From contig REDG01000020.1 of NCBI GenBank assembly GCA_007693605.1, positions 1 to 42,319 on the forward strand: a DNA stretch of 42,319 nt, in the 5' to 3' direction. Below, one piece after another: positions 1-9,311 of this stretch. This DNA is from Bradymonadales bacterium (GTDB taxonomy: Bacteria > Bdellovibrionota > UBA2394). The translations under genes were made by a program, and so were the position numbers. The notes beneath the pieces were generated by a model. It was given only the letters and a program-made list of their open reading frames with translations. It was not told the origin of the DNA and searched no databases. Every line of letters begins with the position of its first letter. Position 1 is the first letter of the stretch.

Positions 1-105
1 CTCGGCTGAGGGACACTGCTACAGCCCAGTGTCAGGAATGTCTCCATGAACTACAACTGCGCAAAAAAGTCATAGTGGATGAAATGAGATGCGGACTCCC
101 AACGA

Positions 106-567
106 CTATCTTGGAATCCAAAGAAGAGGTCGGTGGATCCAGACCCGATCGCCTTCAACATCCTCCAGCTCGACCCAGGCGCCTTGCTCTCTGATCAGGC
201 GAAAAGCGACCAGGCGATCGGCTCTCTGGGCGCCCACTTGAGCGTGATTCGTGCCAGGTCCGGCTCTCAAATTGGCGTACTCGTTTTTTACCACTGCACA
301 GCGAAAGTCTCGACTGACCAAATCCTCCCTTACCCAGTGCCTGTTTCCGTCCAGGTCTTCGACCTGATGCCACCTCCCATGTTTTGACACTTCCTTTAGG
401 GGCGTAAAGCGAAAGACCCGGCCGGTTTGCTCATGCTGAGTTCCTGGGGCGGCTCTCAAATTCGCAAAAGAATTCGAAACGCAAAGCGCCGAGACCCCCC
501 CTTCCAGAACAAGGCCGAGCCCCCAAAGGCTGAAGGTCCATGCAAAAAATCGAATCATATCTTTCAT
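106..567 (-). CDS. Secreted protein with two bacterial SH3 (SH3b) domains
   Basis: Hydrophobic N-terminal signal followed by two ANLRA(A/G)PGT...W..V/L.D.(D/E)G...W repeats typical of SH3b. The ATG at 567 is preferred over the track's TTG at 594. Confidence 0.85.
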   Translation of the reverse strand: MKDMIRFFAWTFSLWGLGLVLEGGVSALCVSNSFANLRAAPGTQHEQTGRVFRFTPLKEVSKHGRWHQVEDLDGNRHWVREDLVSRDFRCAVVKNEYANLRAGPGTNHAQVGAQRADRLVAFRLIREQGAWVELEDVEGDRVWIHRPLLWIPR

Positions 568-611
568 TAAACTCACTTTTGAAGTTGTATTCAATTCAAA
601 GAGGTCTCTGA

Positions 612-1682
612 ATGTGGATTGATGTGATAAAAGTTCTCTTGGGACTCGGTCTCCTCAGCATCTCGGCTGAGTATCTCGTCCATTCCTCAGTTAAAATCGC
701 CCAGACTCTCTCCATTCCCAAGCTCCTAATCGGGCTCACTATCGTCTCCTTTGGTACAAGCGCCCCAGAACTTGCCGTCAGCAGTATTGCCGCGCTGCAA
801 GGCAAGGCCGATATGACCTTAGGCAATATCGTCGGAAGCAATTTGTTTAATAGCCTTGTCATTGTGGGACTAACGGCTGCTATCTTTCCGGTCATTGTCA
901 GTCGTCGACTGTTGCGCTTCGATCTTCCTATCGCCTTTGGGGCGAGCCTGCTTGTGGCCTGGATGGCCTATGGCCGTAGCTTTGATCCACTCAAGGGCTG
1001 GATTCTCCTCGGTCTCTTGGCGCTCTATCTTGCAAGCCTCTTTCAGTTTTCAAAAAAACCAAAGCGCCAAGAAAGTCGGGCCATTGCAAAGTCTTGGAGG
1101 GGGTTGAGCCTGCAAGCTCTGATCTTCTTGGTGACTTTGACGGGCTTGATTTTCGGCTCTCAATGGTTTGTGGCCGGCGCCGCTAATCTGGCCCGAGCGG
1201 CCGGTGTAAGTGAACTGATTGTTGGTCTCAGCCTAGTTGCGGTCGGCACGAGCATTCCTGAAGTCGCCACCTCAATCTCAGCGGCCTTCAAGAGAGAGTC
1301 TGGCATCGCCATTGGCAATGCCATTGGAAGTAATATCTTTAACCTTCTGGGAGTTTTGGGAATCTCGGTCATTATCGCCCCTGCGAACCTTCAGGTGAGC
1401 CCTGAACTCTTGAGTCGAGACCTGCCCGTACTTTTGGCTGCTTCTATTCTTATGATTCTCGCTTTTCTCAGTCATCGACGCCTAAGCCAACGAGAAGGCG
1501 TTTTTCTGCTCCTGGCCTACGGCCTTTACGCCGTCAGCTTATACTTTTCGACATTGTCCTCTCATGCGTTGAGCAGTTGGAGCATGAAGCTGATCTACTT
1601 TTTGCTGGCTCCCAGTTTCCTTCTTTTCGTGCTGCTTCGAACTCGACAGAGAATGTCGAATCGCCGAAGATCGTCGGCATGA
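612..1682 (+). CDS. Calcium/sodium antiporter (CaCA/YrbG family)
   Basis: Two alpha-repeats (GTSAPE...GNIVGSN and GTSIPE...GNAIGSN) and about 10 TM segments. Confidence 0.93.
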   Translation: MWIDVIKVLLGLGLLSISAEYLVHSSVKIAQTLSIPKLLIGLTIVSFGTSAPELAVSSIAALQGKADMTLGNIVGSNLFNSLVIVGLTAAIFPVIVSRRLLRFDLPIAFGASLLVAWMAYGRSFDPLKGWILLGLLALYLASLFQFSKKPKRQESRAIAKSWRGLSLQALIFLVTLTGLIFGSQWFVAGAANLARAAGVSELIVGLSLVAVGTSIPEVATSISAAFKRESGIAIGNAIGSNIFNLLGVLGISVIIAPANLQVSPELLSRDLPVLLAASILMILAFLSHRRLSQREGVFLLLAYGLYAVSLYFSTLSSHALSSWSMKLIYFLLAPSFLLFVLLRTRQRMSNRRRSSA

Positions 1683-2098
1683 GCCCTCAAGACTTCTTTC
1701 GGAATTTTCGCGCGGATCGCCTTGATCTAGTGGAAGCCTTTTATGATCCCAAGATTCATTTTGTTGATCCTCTGGGGGAGCATCACGGCGTGGAGGCCAT
1801 GAAGTCTTACTACTCTCGACTCTATGAAAATCTGAAAGAAATCGAGTTTGAGTTTCAGGACGAATGGACGAAAGACTTTGAGTCTCTCCTATTCTGGCGG
1901 ATGAGAGTCATCCATCCGCGCTTGAATCGAGGCAAAGAGGTCTCTTTAGAAGGCCTCTCTCACTTTCGGTTCTCGCGCGAATCAAAGCTCTGCTTGTATC
2001 ATCGAGATTATTTTGACGCCGGAGCCTTTCTGTACGAGCAGCTCCCAATCTTGGGGGGCATCATTCGAAAGCTAAAGCAAGTAGCCCGAGGTCAATAG
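1679..2098 (+). CDS. SnoaL-like / NTF2-family protein
   Basis: FY...IHFVDPL and YHRDYFD...YEQLPILG motifs. The ATG at 1679 overlaps the upstream stop (ATGA coupling). Confidence 0.85.
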   Translation: MSPQDFFRNFRADRLDLVEAFYDPKIHFVDPLGEHHGVEAMKSYYSRLYENLKEIEFEFQDEWTKDFESLLFWRMRVIHPRLNRGKEVSLEGLSHFRFSRESKLCLYHRDYFDAGAFLYEQLPILGGIIRKLKQVARGQ

Positions 2099-2120
2099 TG
2101 GTCCACTAGTATTCGAGCCT

Positions 2121-3440
2121 CTAGGAGTTCTTGAGCGAAACTTGTCTCGGAACTTGAGTCCGCACTCGAGTTCCTTGTGCAACTTGGCTTTCGATTTTGA
2201 TTTTGCCGCCATGAGCTTCAACGACTAGGCGACACAGATAAAGTCCGAGCCCGTAGCCACCGGTATGTCGTCGCCTCGAAGCGTCGGTTCGATAGAAAGC
2301 CTCTGTAAGGTGCGGAATATGCTCTGAAGATACGCCCTGACCGTAGTCCCTCACTTCAAAGGAAACGAGATCGGGAGTCTCTTCAAGTCGAAGTTGAACC
2401 GCTCGCTCTGACTTCCCCGAATGGGTCAGGGCGTTCTCGATCAAATTCTTCCAAACCAACTTCATTCGAGTGATATCGCACGTCCAATCGAGACTCGATT
2501 CTTGGCAGTGAATCTCTAGACGATCCTTTTGAGCCTCGAATTTATCTTCCACGATCTGAAGTAGAATGTCCGAAGCTCGACACCGCTCCAGGTTGAGCTG
2601 AAAGTGTCGCGACCCCATATTCTCTGCCTCTAAAATTTCTTCTGTGAGCTTGCCCATTTCTTTCAGGTCCGCCACCAAGGCGTCTTTCACGCTTCGGTCT
2701 TTAATGAATTCAGCAGAGACAAGAGCCCTGGTCAAAGGAGTGCGCACCTCATGGCTGATCGCCAACAGAAGCTGCCTCTTCGATTCCAAAAGCTTCTCAA
2801 TTCGCGATCCCATCTCATTGATCTCGACGGCCAGCTCTCCTAGCTCATCTCCCTTGATCTCGGGAAGTCGCGTCTGAAAATCACCCCGACCCATTCGAAT
2901 CGCACCCTCACGAATCCAACTGAGAGGCTTTAAGGTTCTTGAGACAGCCTGATAACTAAAAAGCAAAATCAAAAACGCTAAAACTCCAGCGACGATCAAC
3001 CGCCAGGCTCTCCACTCGAACTCGTTCACCTTCGGAATCTCAAAAACAAAAGTGAATGGCCCTCGGGTAAAGAAGATAAAGTAGGCCGTTTTGGTGGTGA
3101 CCGTTGAGGGCTGCACCAGAGCCTGTCTTGCTCTCTCGGGAATTGGCATGTCCGCGTTCGTCTTCCAAGATATCTCCCCATGAAAAATAGCGATATTGAT
3201 CCGAACCCGATCACTAATCTCTTGTGCACGAGTCAAATTGGGGGGGCTTCCAATATCACTGGCCAAGTACTCTGCATAACGAGACAAGTTGTCCATGACT
3301 GGCCGATCTGGATCTTTCGATCGAGACAGCTCAATCAAGCCATAGGCCACAAGGGCGAGAGAGCCCATGCTCATCAGAAAGATCGTGAGAAGCTTTGCAA
3401 AGAGAGACTGAAATATTCGAGAACGATTTGTCATTTTCAA
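2121..3440 (-). CDS. Membrane HAMP-domain sensor histidine kinase (CpxA/RstB-like)
   Basis: Two TM helices, HAMP (GDELGELA), H-box ISHEVRTPL, N box NLIENA, G boxes DYGQG and GYGLGL. Confidence 0.93.
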   Translation of the reverse strand: MKMTNRSRIFQSLFAKLLTIFLMSMGSLALVAYGLIELSRSKDPDRPVMDNLSRYAEYLASDIGSPPNLTRAQEISDRVRINIAIFHGEISWKTNADMPIPERARQALVQPSTVTTKTAYFIFFTRGPFTFVFEIPKVNEFEWRAWRLIVAGVLAFLILLFSYQAVSRTLKPLSWIREGAIRMGRGDFQTRLPEIKGDELGELAVEINEMGSRIEKLLESKRQLLLAISHEVRTPLTRALVSAEFIKDRSVKDALVADLKEMGKLTEEILEAENMGSRHFQLNLERCRASDILLQIVEDKFEAQKDRLEIHCQESSLDWTCDITRMKLVWKNLIENALTHSGKSERAVQLRLEETPDLVSFEVRDYGQGVSSEHIPHLTEAFYRTDASRRRHTGGYGLGLYLCRLVVEAHGGKIKIESQVAQGTRVRTQVPRQVSLKNS

Positions 3441-4121
3441 CTAGGGCAAGAAACTGTAGCCAGTTCCCCAGACGGTTTTGATCACTTCTCTCTTAAGACC
3501 TGCCTGTTTTAGCTTCTGTCGAATTCGACTGATCATAATGTCAATCGATCGACTATAGACATCGGCCTCTACTCCCCGCAGGGCATTTTGAATCTCATCT
3601 CGAGAGAAGTTCTTCGAAGGATTCGTCGCCAGCACTTCAAAGATTTGATACTCGGTCGTCGTCATTTCAACTTCTGTCTCTTCAACAAAAAGTTTTCTTC
3701 GGTTTCTGTCGAGTCTAAGGCCGGAAAACTCAAGAAGATCTTTGGTTTGGGTTCGAAATGACCGCATGCGTCGATGCAGTCTCTCAATGCGAGCGACCAG
3801 CTCTCTCGGCTCAAAGGGCTTTGAAACATAATCGTCAGCGCCAATTTCTAAACCCACCACTCGATCCGCCAGCTCCCCGCGAGCGGTCAACATAATGATG
3901 GGAACTTGGCTCTTCTCTCGAATCATTCGACAGACTTCAAAGCCATCTCGCTCAGGCAACATCACATCCAGAAGTACAAAATCATAGGCCTTTTCTTTTA
4001 GCTTTTTTAAACCATGATCGGGATGTTCCGCCGTTTCGAGCTGAATGTCATAACGGCCAAAGTACTCGGTCAACAGGCTGCCAAGTCTCTCATCATCATC
4101 AATCAACAAAACTTGAATCAT
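3441..4121 (-). CDS. OmpR/CpxR-family response regulator
   Basis: REC domain (IDDD, LLDVMLP, KPF) plus winged helix (SRSIDIMISRIRQKL, KTVWGTGY). GGGAG SD before the ATG at 4121. Confidence 0.95.
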   Translation of the reverse strand: MIQVLLIDDDERLGSLLTEYFGRYDIQLETAEHPDHGLKKLKEKAYDFVLLDVMLPERDGFEVCRMIREKSQVPIIMLTARGELADRVVGLEIGADDYVSKPFEPRELVARIERLHRRMRSFRTQTKDLLEFSGLRLDRNRRKLFVEETEVEMTTTEYQIFEVLATNPSKNFSRDEIQNALRGVEADVYSRSIDIMISRIRQKLKQAGLKREVIKTVWGTGYSFLP

Positions 4122-4184
4122 TCGAACTCCCACAATCTCTTTCCTAAACTTCAGGCTCTAGAGCTTCAAGCGTCCTGAGCCCAA

Positions 4185-4209
4185 TTTACAAACTGTTACA
4201 GAGTTTTAC
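4185..4209 (-). promoter_or_regulatory. Triple direct repeat GTAAA-N5-GTAAC-N5-GTAAA, CpxR-like binding box
   Basis: The minus strand reads GTAAAactctGTAACagtttGTAAA, a 10-bp period matching the CpxR consensus, 64 bp upstream of the OmpR-family regulator start. Confidence 0.6.
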
Positions 4210-4230
4210 CTCTGCGAAAGGACTTTCTTT

Positions 4231-4403
4231 CTTAAAATCCTTAAGCTGTCTTTAACAAGCAAGGATTTAAGACTCCTTCACTCCCACACCGCCGAGTCCG
4301 ACGGGCTCGGCAAAGGATCCCCCTCCCACTCATCGTCATCCTTACCTCCCTGAAACACACCCAGGGTGGGGGATCCTTTTCTGGGGGAGTGGCGCTAAGC
4401 GCC
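4231..4403. ncRNA. Putative structured small RNA or leader; strand unresolved
   Basis: Nested inverted repeats: 4231-4242/4261-4271, hairpin 4291-4311, 16-bp stem 4312-4327/4364-4379, CACTCCC/GGGAGTG, hairpin 4391-4403. No ORF in the track. Confidence 0.4.
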
Positions 4404-4412
4404 CATCTCTCT

Positions 4413-4441
4413 GCTAGTCTGGCACTTCCGTCTCCCGACCC
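4413..4441. repeat. Dispersed REP-like element, single arm
   Basis: GCTAGTCTGGCACTTCCGTCTCCCGACCC is identical (29/29) to 40737-40765. Confidence 0.9.
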
Positions 4442-4746
4442 TCAAAATGCTCATCGATTCTTTGGTTTAGAAGACTGGCCCGATCTTGCAACTCGGACAC
4501 CAGCTTCAAAGTCTTTGCGGAGGAGACCCCTTCGCTCTCTAAAGTCTTCTGAAGGAGGTTGAGCCCAAGGCTAATGACCGCCAGGGGGCCCTTTAAATTG
4601 TGTATCTGCTGACTGAAATCATCCGATCGACTCACAGCCCGTCTGACCTCCTTTAGCTCTGGTTCTAGATCCAGATCGAGACTTGAGGAGGCTACCCCAA
4701 CCAAACAGAAGATCAAGTGAAAGCGCATCCCTAAAAGCTTGCTCAT
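4414..4746 (-). CDS. Small stand-alone HisKA-like (phosphoacceptor/dimerisation) protein
   Basis: H-box-like QIHNLKGPLAVISLGLNLL followed by a second amphipathic helix. No HATPase domain. Confidence 0.55.
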   Translation of the reverse strand: MSKLLGMRFHLIFCLVGVASSSLDLDLEPELKEVRRAVSRSDDFSQQIHNLKGPLAVISLGLNLLQKTLESEGVSSAKTLKLVSELQDRASLLNQRIDEHFEGRETEVPD

Positions 4747-4823
4747 TCCAATACCTTACTTAAGTCAGGGCCTGGCCCGAATTGCCCATTGGCAGAATGG
4801 CTGATTCGAAGTAAGGCTCCGGC

Positions 4824-5450
4824 ATGGTGAAATTTAAAAGCATGGAATCTGAATATTTTCCCTTACGAGGAAAGGTCTTGGTGGTCGAGGATGACTCGAT
4901 TGTCGGCAAGTGGATCTCGACTCAACTTAAAGCCAAAGATCTCGAAGTCACTTGGGTTTCGACCCTAGAGGCGGCTCGAGCAGAATTGGAAAAAGATAGC
5001 TACCACGCACTGATTGTTGACATCTATCTTTCTAAGTCTGGGCGCCGCGAGGGGCTTGAGCTGGTTCGAGAGGTCGAGGAGAAAGGGATTCCCGTTCTTG
5101 TGATGAGCTCTCACGCCGACTTGAAGATCGCAAAAGAGGCTCTTAACCGAGGAGCGGTAGGCCTTCTTGAAAAGCCCTTTGAAGCAGAAGAACTCGTGAA
5201 AGCCCTAAACAAAGCATGGCTTGAGCCCAAGGGCTTGGGGGCTGCGGTGGATCGCTTCTTAGACGCCCATCAGTTGACCCCAAAAGAAAGAGAGATTACA
5301 CGGCTCCTTCTCAAAGGCCTTTCGAACAAAGAGATTGCCAATGTTGCGGATACGACAGAGCCCACGGTTAAGTTCTATGTATCCACGATCTACGACAAAT
5401 GTGCCGTAAAATCACGCACGGAACTTTTCAACACGATCTTTCCGACATAA
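4824..5450 (+). CDS. Response regulator with LuxR-type HTH
   Basis: REC domain (VVEDD, IVDIYL, EKPF) plus LTPKEREI...GLSNKEIA...TVKFYVSTIYDK. Confidence 0.92.
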   Translation: MVKFKSMESEYFPLRGKVLVVEDDSIVGKWISTQLKAKDLEVTWVSTLEAARAELEKDSYHALIVDIYLSKSGRREGLELVREVEEKGIPVLVMSSHADLKIAKEALNRGAVGLLEKPFEAEELVKALNKAWLEPKGLGAAVDRFLDAHQLTPKEREITRLLLKGLSNKEIANVADTTEPTVKFYVSTIYDKCAVKSRTELFNTIFPT

Positions 5451-5466
5451 ACAAAGGCAAATTACA

Positions 5467-5871
5467 TCAAAAGCGACTGTCACCCGAGTAGTACTCCGCA
5501 AGCTTCAACTGCATTTGATTGGCCAAATTCTCCACATCGATGGGTTTTGGGAAAAAGAACTCCCGCTTGGTGGCGTCCACTCGAAACTCTGATCGACGGT
5601 CAGCCGACAAGACAAAAACAGGAATATCGGCAACCCTTTCCGAGTGAAGAAGTTGCTTCTCTCGAAACTCCCAACCGTTCATATCGGGCATCATGATATC
5701 CAATAAAATCATATGAGGAAGCTCATCTTCGTCTAACTTTCTCAAGGCCTCTCGACCCGAACTCACCCACACCACCTCATAGCCTTCAAACATGAGTAGC
5801 TCTTCCATCGGCTCGCCGATGCCAGGATCATCTTCAACCAGAAGAATTCGCCACTTTGATTTCTCTCTCAT
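5467..5871 (-). CDS. Single-domain response regulator
   Basis: LVEDD, LLDIMMPDMNG, PKP motifs. Confidence 0.92.
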   Translation of the reverse strand: MREKSKWRILLVEDDPGIGEPMEELLMFEGYEVVWVSSGREALRKLDEDELPHMILLDIMMPDMNGWEFREKQLLHSERVADIPVFVLSADRRSEFRVDATKREFFFPKPIDVENLANQMQLKLAEYYSGDSRF

Positions 5872-8143
5872 CGCTCATCTCCCTTTTCTCATCATGAAGT
5901 CGCAAGCAATCCTCTTGTGATATAAAAATCGGAAACTCCAACCTAAAACAAGAGCCCTTATTCAGTTCACTAGAAAGCTCGATTCTTCCCTGATGCGCCT
6001 TTACAAACTCACTGACAATATAGAGACCTAAACCTAAACCACTCACTTGAGAGCTGTGGACTGACCGCTCAAATCGATCAAAGATCTTTTGCTGATCACG
6101 AGATGGAATTCCGACACCACGATCCTTTACCGACACTCTCAGCCTCTTTCCGTCTGAACTGAGGTCGATATCGATCGGCTTATGCTCTCCGTACTTTACT
6201 GCGTTGGTTAACAGATTATTAATGATCTGTTCCATTCTAAATCGATCCCACCAACCAAAAACGGATTCATTGGCGGTCAAACTCATTTTGATTCCCCGAT
6301 GTCGCGCCATCGGCTGAGTTCTCGCAACCACCTCACGAAGCATCTCAGCAAAGTCAAAATACTCTGGATCAAGCTTAATCTTACCACTCCGCAGACGAGA
6401 CAAATCTAAGAGGTTTTCAATCAGGGCCGTTAAGCGGTCCATCTGCCTATCCATATCTTTCATCTTTGAGCCAAAGACTCGTCGAAGATCCTCGATAGAC
6501 TCCGAAGAGCGAAGCATTCTGCGCATCAACTGAAGGTGCAGGCTCAGGGCAGAGATTGGCGTCTTCAGCTCGTGAGAAGCAATCGAGAAAAACTCATCCC
6601 TTAGCTCAATCGCCTCTTGCGACCTTCGATATAAAACAGAGTTGTCGATGGCGTAAGAGGCTCTTCTGGCAAACTCTTCGAGCAGGGGCACATCTTCCGG
6701 CCCATAGCCAGTCTCATCCTCAGACTTTACAAAACTGATCAATCCTATAATTCGATTTCTGGCGTGGAGTGGCAGTAAAACCCCCGACTTCACCCCAATT
6801 TTTAACCACAGCTCTCGTCTCTCAACATCTGGCATCAACGATTCAATCTGACCAACATCCGCATTTCTAAAAAGAATGGTTTCTCGAGTCTCAATGGCTC
6901 GCCGAAGCATCTGATCTTCCATCAAAAGTGGCGGGTAACTTGCGAGCTTCTTCATGAGCTCGGCCTTTTCAGGACTGCGATGAACGGCCGCAAATCTTTT
7001 GAAGTTGCCCCGTTCGTCTGCAAGATCAATCACACACCAGTCAGAGATGTAATCAACGGCAAGCCGCGCCAAATTTTCGGTCGTTTGATTGAAGTCCAAT
7101 GAGGAACTCAAAACCTTACTCGAGTCTGCCAAGAAGGTGGCCCGCTCCTTGTTCAAACGCAGGGCCTCGATCGCTTCAGACCGTTGTGAATCGACTCGCT
7201 TCAGCGTTCGCAGCGCAAAGAAAATGAGAGTGCCAAAGCCCAAAATATTTCCCACCATAAAGAGCGAAATGGATGGAATTCCAGACAGGAGTTCGCGCGT
7301 CTCTAGAGCAACAACCAACCAGCCGACAAAGAAGGGAATGCCCAAAGTGGCGAGAGCTAAGCGACGAGCAACAGGGCCAATAATTTCTTCGTCTGAGAGC
7401 TGCCCGATCACCCCAAATCTTGGCTTGAGGCAATAGACAGACACGGAGAGCAGCAAAAACGAAAAGGCCGTCCACTCTCCAATCTGCACAAAACTAGAGA
7501 CCTGATAAAAGTTCGGATACCGATAGGCGTAGCCGATCAGGGCGAGAGCGGCCACCGCTGAAGCGGGGGCCACCAAAATCTGCTCGACCCAAGTCTTTCG
7601 AATCTTACTCACCGACATATAGGTCAATGTGGCCCCCATCGAGAGAAAGCAAATCGCCGTTTGAGGGGCCATTCGACCAGGATGTTGAGAACTCCCTCCG
7701 AGCAAGACATCTCGAATGAAGAGTTGATCGATCAGGAAATCAACGGAAAACAGATATTGAAGCCCGCTCATCAGTCCCAACAGAAAAACGAAGGGCGAAA
7801 CACAAACCACCAAGACACTGAGGCCGCCTAGGCGGAAAAATCTCTGCGAGAGGAAAATCAGAATCATCCCCAAAGACAGAGCAAAAAGCCCAAGAGAGGT
7901 ATTGAACTTCATATTCCGGCCTGCGATCAGCCTGAGGCTCTCTTCAGGGGACAGCCAAAGAATCATCTGGGTCAGACTGATGACCAAAACCGTGATCGAA
8001 GCAAAAACGGGAAAGTACAGAAAGAACAGTCGAGGTCGAAAACCCCACCGACGAGACCACCAGCCCATCTCGGGCAGGCGTCGAAAAATTCGAGGACGCC
8101 GAAAAAGCTTTTGCTCATTCGAGGCATCTGGCATTGAAATCAC
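5834..8143 (-). CDS. Multi-TM GAF-domain sensor histidine kinase
   Basis: About 8 TM segments, GAF domain (DWCVID...AIDNS), H-box ASHELKTP, NLLTNAVKYG, DRGVG, GLGLG. Exact start uncertain. Confidence 0.92.
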   Translation of the reverse strand: MISMPDASNEQKLFRRPRIFRRLPEMGWWSRRWGFRPRLFFLYFPVFASITVLVISLTQMILWLSPEESLRLIAGRNMKFNTSLGLFALSLGMILIFLSQRFFRLGGLSVLVVCVSPFVFLLGLMSGLQYLFSVDFLIDQLFIRDVLLGGSSQHPGRMAPQTAICFLSMGATLTYMSVSKIRKTWVEQILVAPASAVAALALIGYAYRYPNFYQVSSFVQIGEWTAFSFLLLSVSVYCLKPRFGVIGQLSDEEIIGPVARRLALATLGIPFFVGWLVVALETRELLSGIPSISLFMVGNILGFGTLIFFALRTLKRVDSQRSEAIEALRLNKERATFLADSSKVLSSSLDFNQTTENLARLAVDYISDWCVIDLADERGNFKRFAAVHRSPEKAELMKKLASYPPLLMEDQMLRRAIETRETILFRNADVGQIESLMPDVERRELWLKIGVKSGVLLPLHARNRIIGLISFVKSEDETGYGPEDVPLLEEFARRASYAIDNSVLYRRSQEAIELRDEFFSIASHELKTPISALSLHLQLMRRMLRSSESIEDLRRVFGSKMKDMDRQMDRLTALIENLLDLSRLRSGKIKLDPEYFDFAEMLREVVARTQPMARHRGIKMSLTANESVFGWWDRFRMEQIINNLLTNAVKYGEHKPIDIDLSSDGKRLRVSVKDRGVGIPSRDQQKIFDRFERSVHSSQVSGLGLGLYIVSEFVKAHQGRIELSSELNKGSCFRLEFPIFISQEDCLRLHDEKREMSDEREIKVANSSG

Positions 8144-8201
8144 TCCGCCCTTTCATGCCGCTGTCCTAAATCAAAGACCCCCCAGACGCAAGCCTGTAGA
8201 T

Positions 8202-8519
8202 CTAGGCCGGCAGACTCTTCTGCTCGGACCCCTCAGACCCCCAGAACAAACGAACATTTCGGAAGCCCAATCGCCCCAATCGTTCAGAGGCCTCTATTCC
8301 CTTGTCGGGCTCCGACTCCTTAGAATAAAGTAAAATCATCTCATCGAGGCCGTGGACCACCTCTTGAACCTTTTCCTCAAAAAACTCGTCGAGCCCGATT
8401 TGAATGGCACCAGGAAGCTGCTCTCGGTAGAAGTCCTGAATCTTCCGTACATCGATCAAATGGACCCTGGGATGGCGCTGCCGCTTCCAACTTTCTAGAA
8501 TGACGAGATCTCTCAACAT
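8202..8519 (-). CDS. Rhodanese-like domain protein lacking the catalytic Cys
   Basis: LIDVR...LPGAI...ILLYS...LGFRNV pattern; the protein contains no Cys. Confidence 0.7.
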   Translation of the reverse strand: MLRDLVILESWKRQRHPRVHLIDVRKIQDFYREQLPGAIQIGLDEFFEEKVQEVVHGLDEMILLYSKESEPDKGIEASERLGRLGFRNVRLFWGSEGSEQKSLPA

Positions 8520-8694
8520 GCACGCATCTCCTCCTTCGATGCCTAGAGGATTTCCGTTTTTTCAGATATTGGCATCTGTCTTTGGTAAGGAGGTTTTTTG
8601 GCTGAAAATGGCCTCCCGTAAGCTACTGAAATGATGGGGCAATCTCGTCGATCTTCTAACTTGATCTCTGACAAAATCTCCCCAAAATGGGGGC

Positions 8695-9273
8695 ATGAAA
8701 ATTCTTTGGATTGGGCAAAAGAACGGAAGGCTCGTCAGACGATTGCCTCGAGAGGGGCTCAAATCGGCCATTTACAGGGCCTCTCGGTTCGCTCTTAGCC
8801 TGTTTCTCGGCCTGACGCTCTTTGCCCCGATAGGGACAGCCCATGTTCACGGAGAGGCCAGACTAAGCCTGGTTCAGGCAGGAGAGCGAATTGTCATCGA
8901 GTGGCGAGTCGCCGCTTACGACATTTTGGGTTTTGAAAGAGAGCTTCGAACCGAGGCAGAGAGGCAAAGCCTAGAGAAATTCAAATCAAAAAGATTGAAG
9001 GATATTCAGGCGGTTGAATTTCCGAGGAGAGCGAACTGCACGATCGAAGAAAGAGCGGAGTTTGAAGAAATTGTTCTGTCGAGTTCTCATCGAGACTTTC
9101 TGTTGCGCTGGAGTGGAAGCTGCGAGCGCCCCAGCGCTTTGCGTTGGGTGAGAGTTCATCCGGTCGAAAACCTGCCAAGTGTCCACCGAACCCAAGTCGC
9201 TTTGATCGGTGAGCAAGCACAAAATCGTGCGCTTGTGCGAACACGAGCACAAAGGCTTTACTTTAATCGTTAG
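8695..9273 (+). CDS. DUF2796 / ZrgA-like periplasmic putative metal-binding protein
   Basis: Signal peptide followed by AHVHGEARL, ILGFE and two Cys. Start uncertain. Confidence 0.7.
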   Translation: MKILWIGQKNGRLVRRLPREGLKSAIYRASRFALSLFLGLTLFAPIGTAHVHGEARLSLVQAGERIVIEWRVAAYDILGFERELRTEAERQSLEKFKSKRLKDIQAVEFPRRANCTIEERAEFEEIVLSSSHRDFLLRWSGSCERPSALRWVRVHPVENLPSVHRTQVALIGEQAQNRALVRTRAQRLYFNR

Positions 9274-9311
9274 CGCTTGCGTGCTGAGCCGAAAATTCGT
9301 AGCCTGGCCCG

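Noticed and set aside
1..105. Possible gene end at the left edge
   Set aside because: Too short to assign; no recognisable motif.
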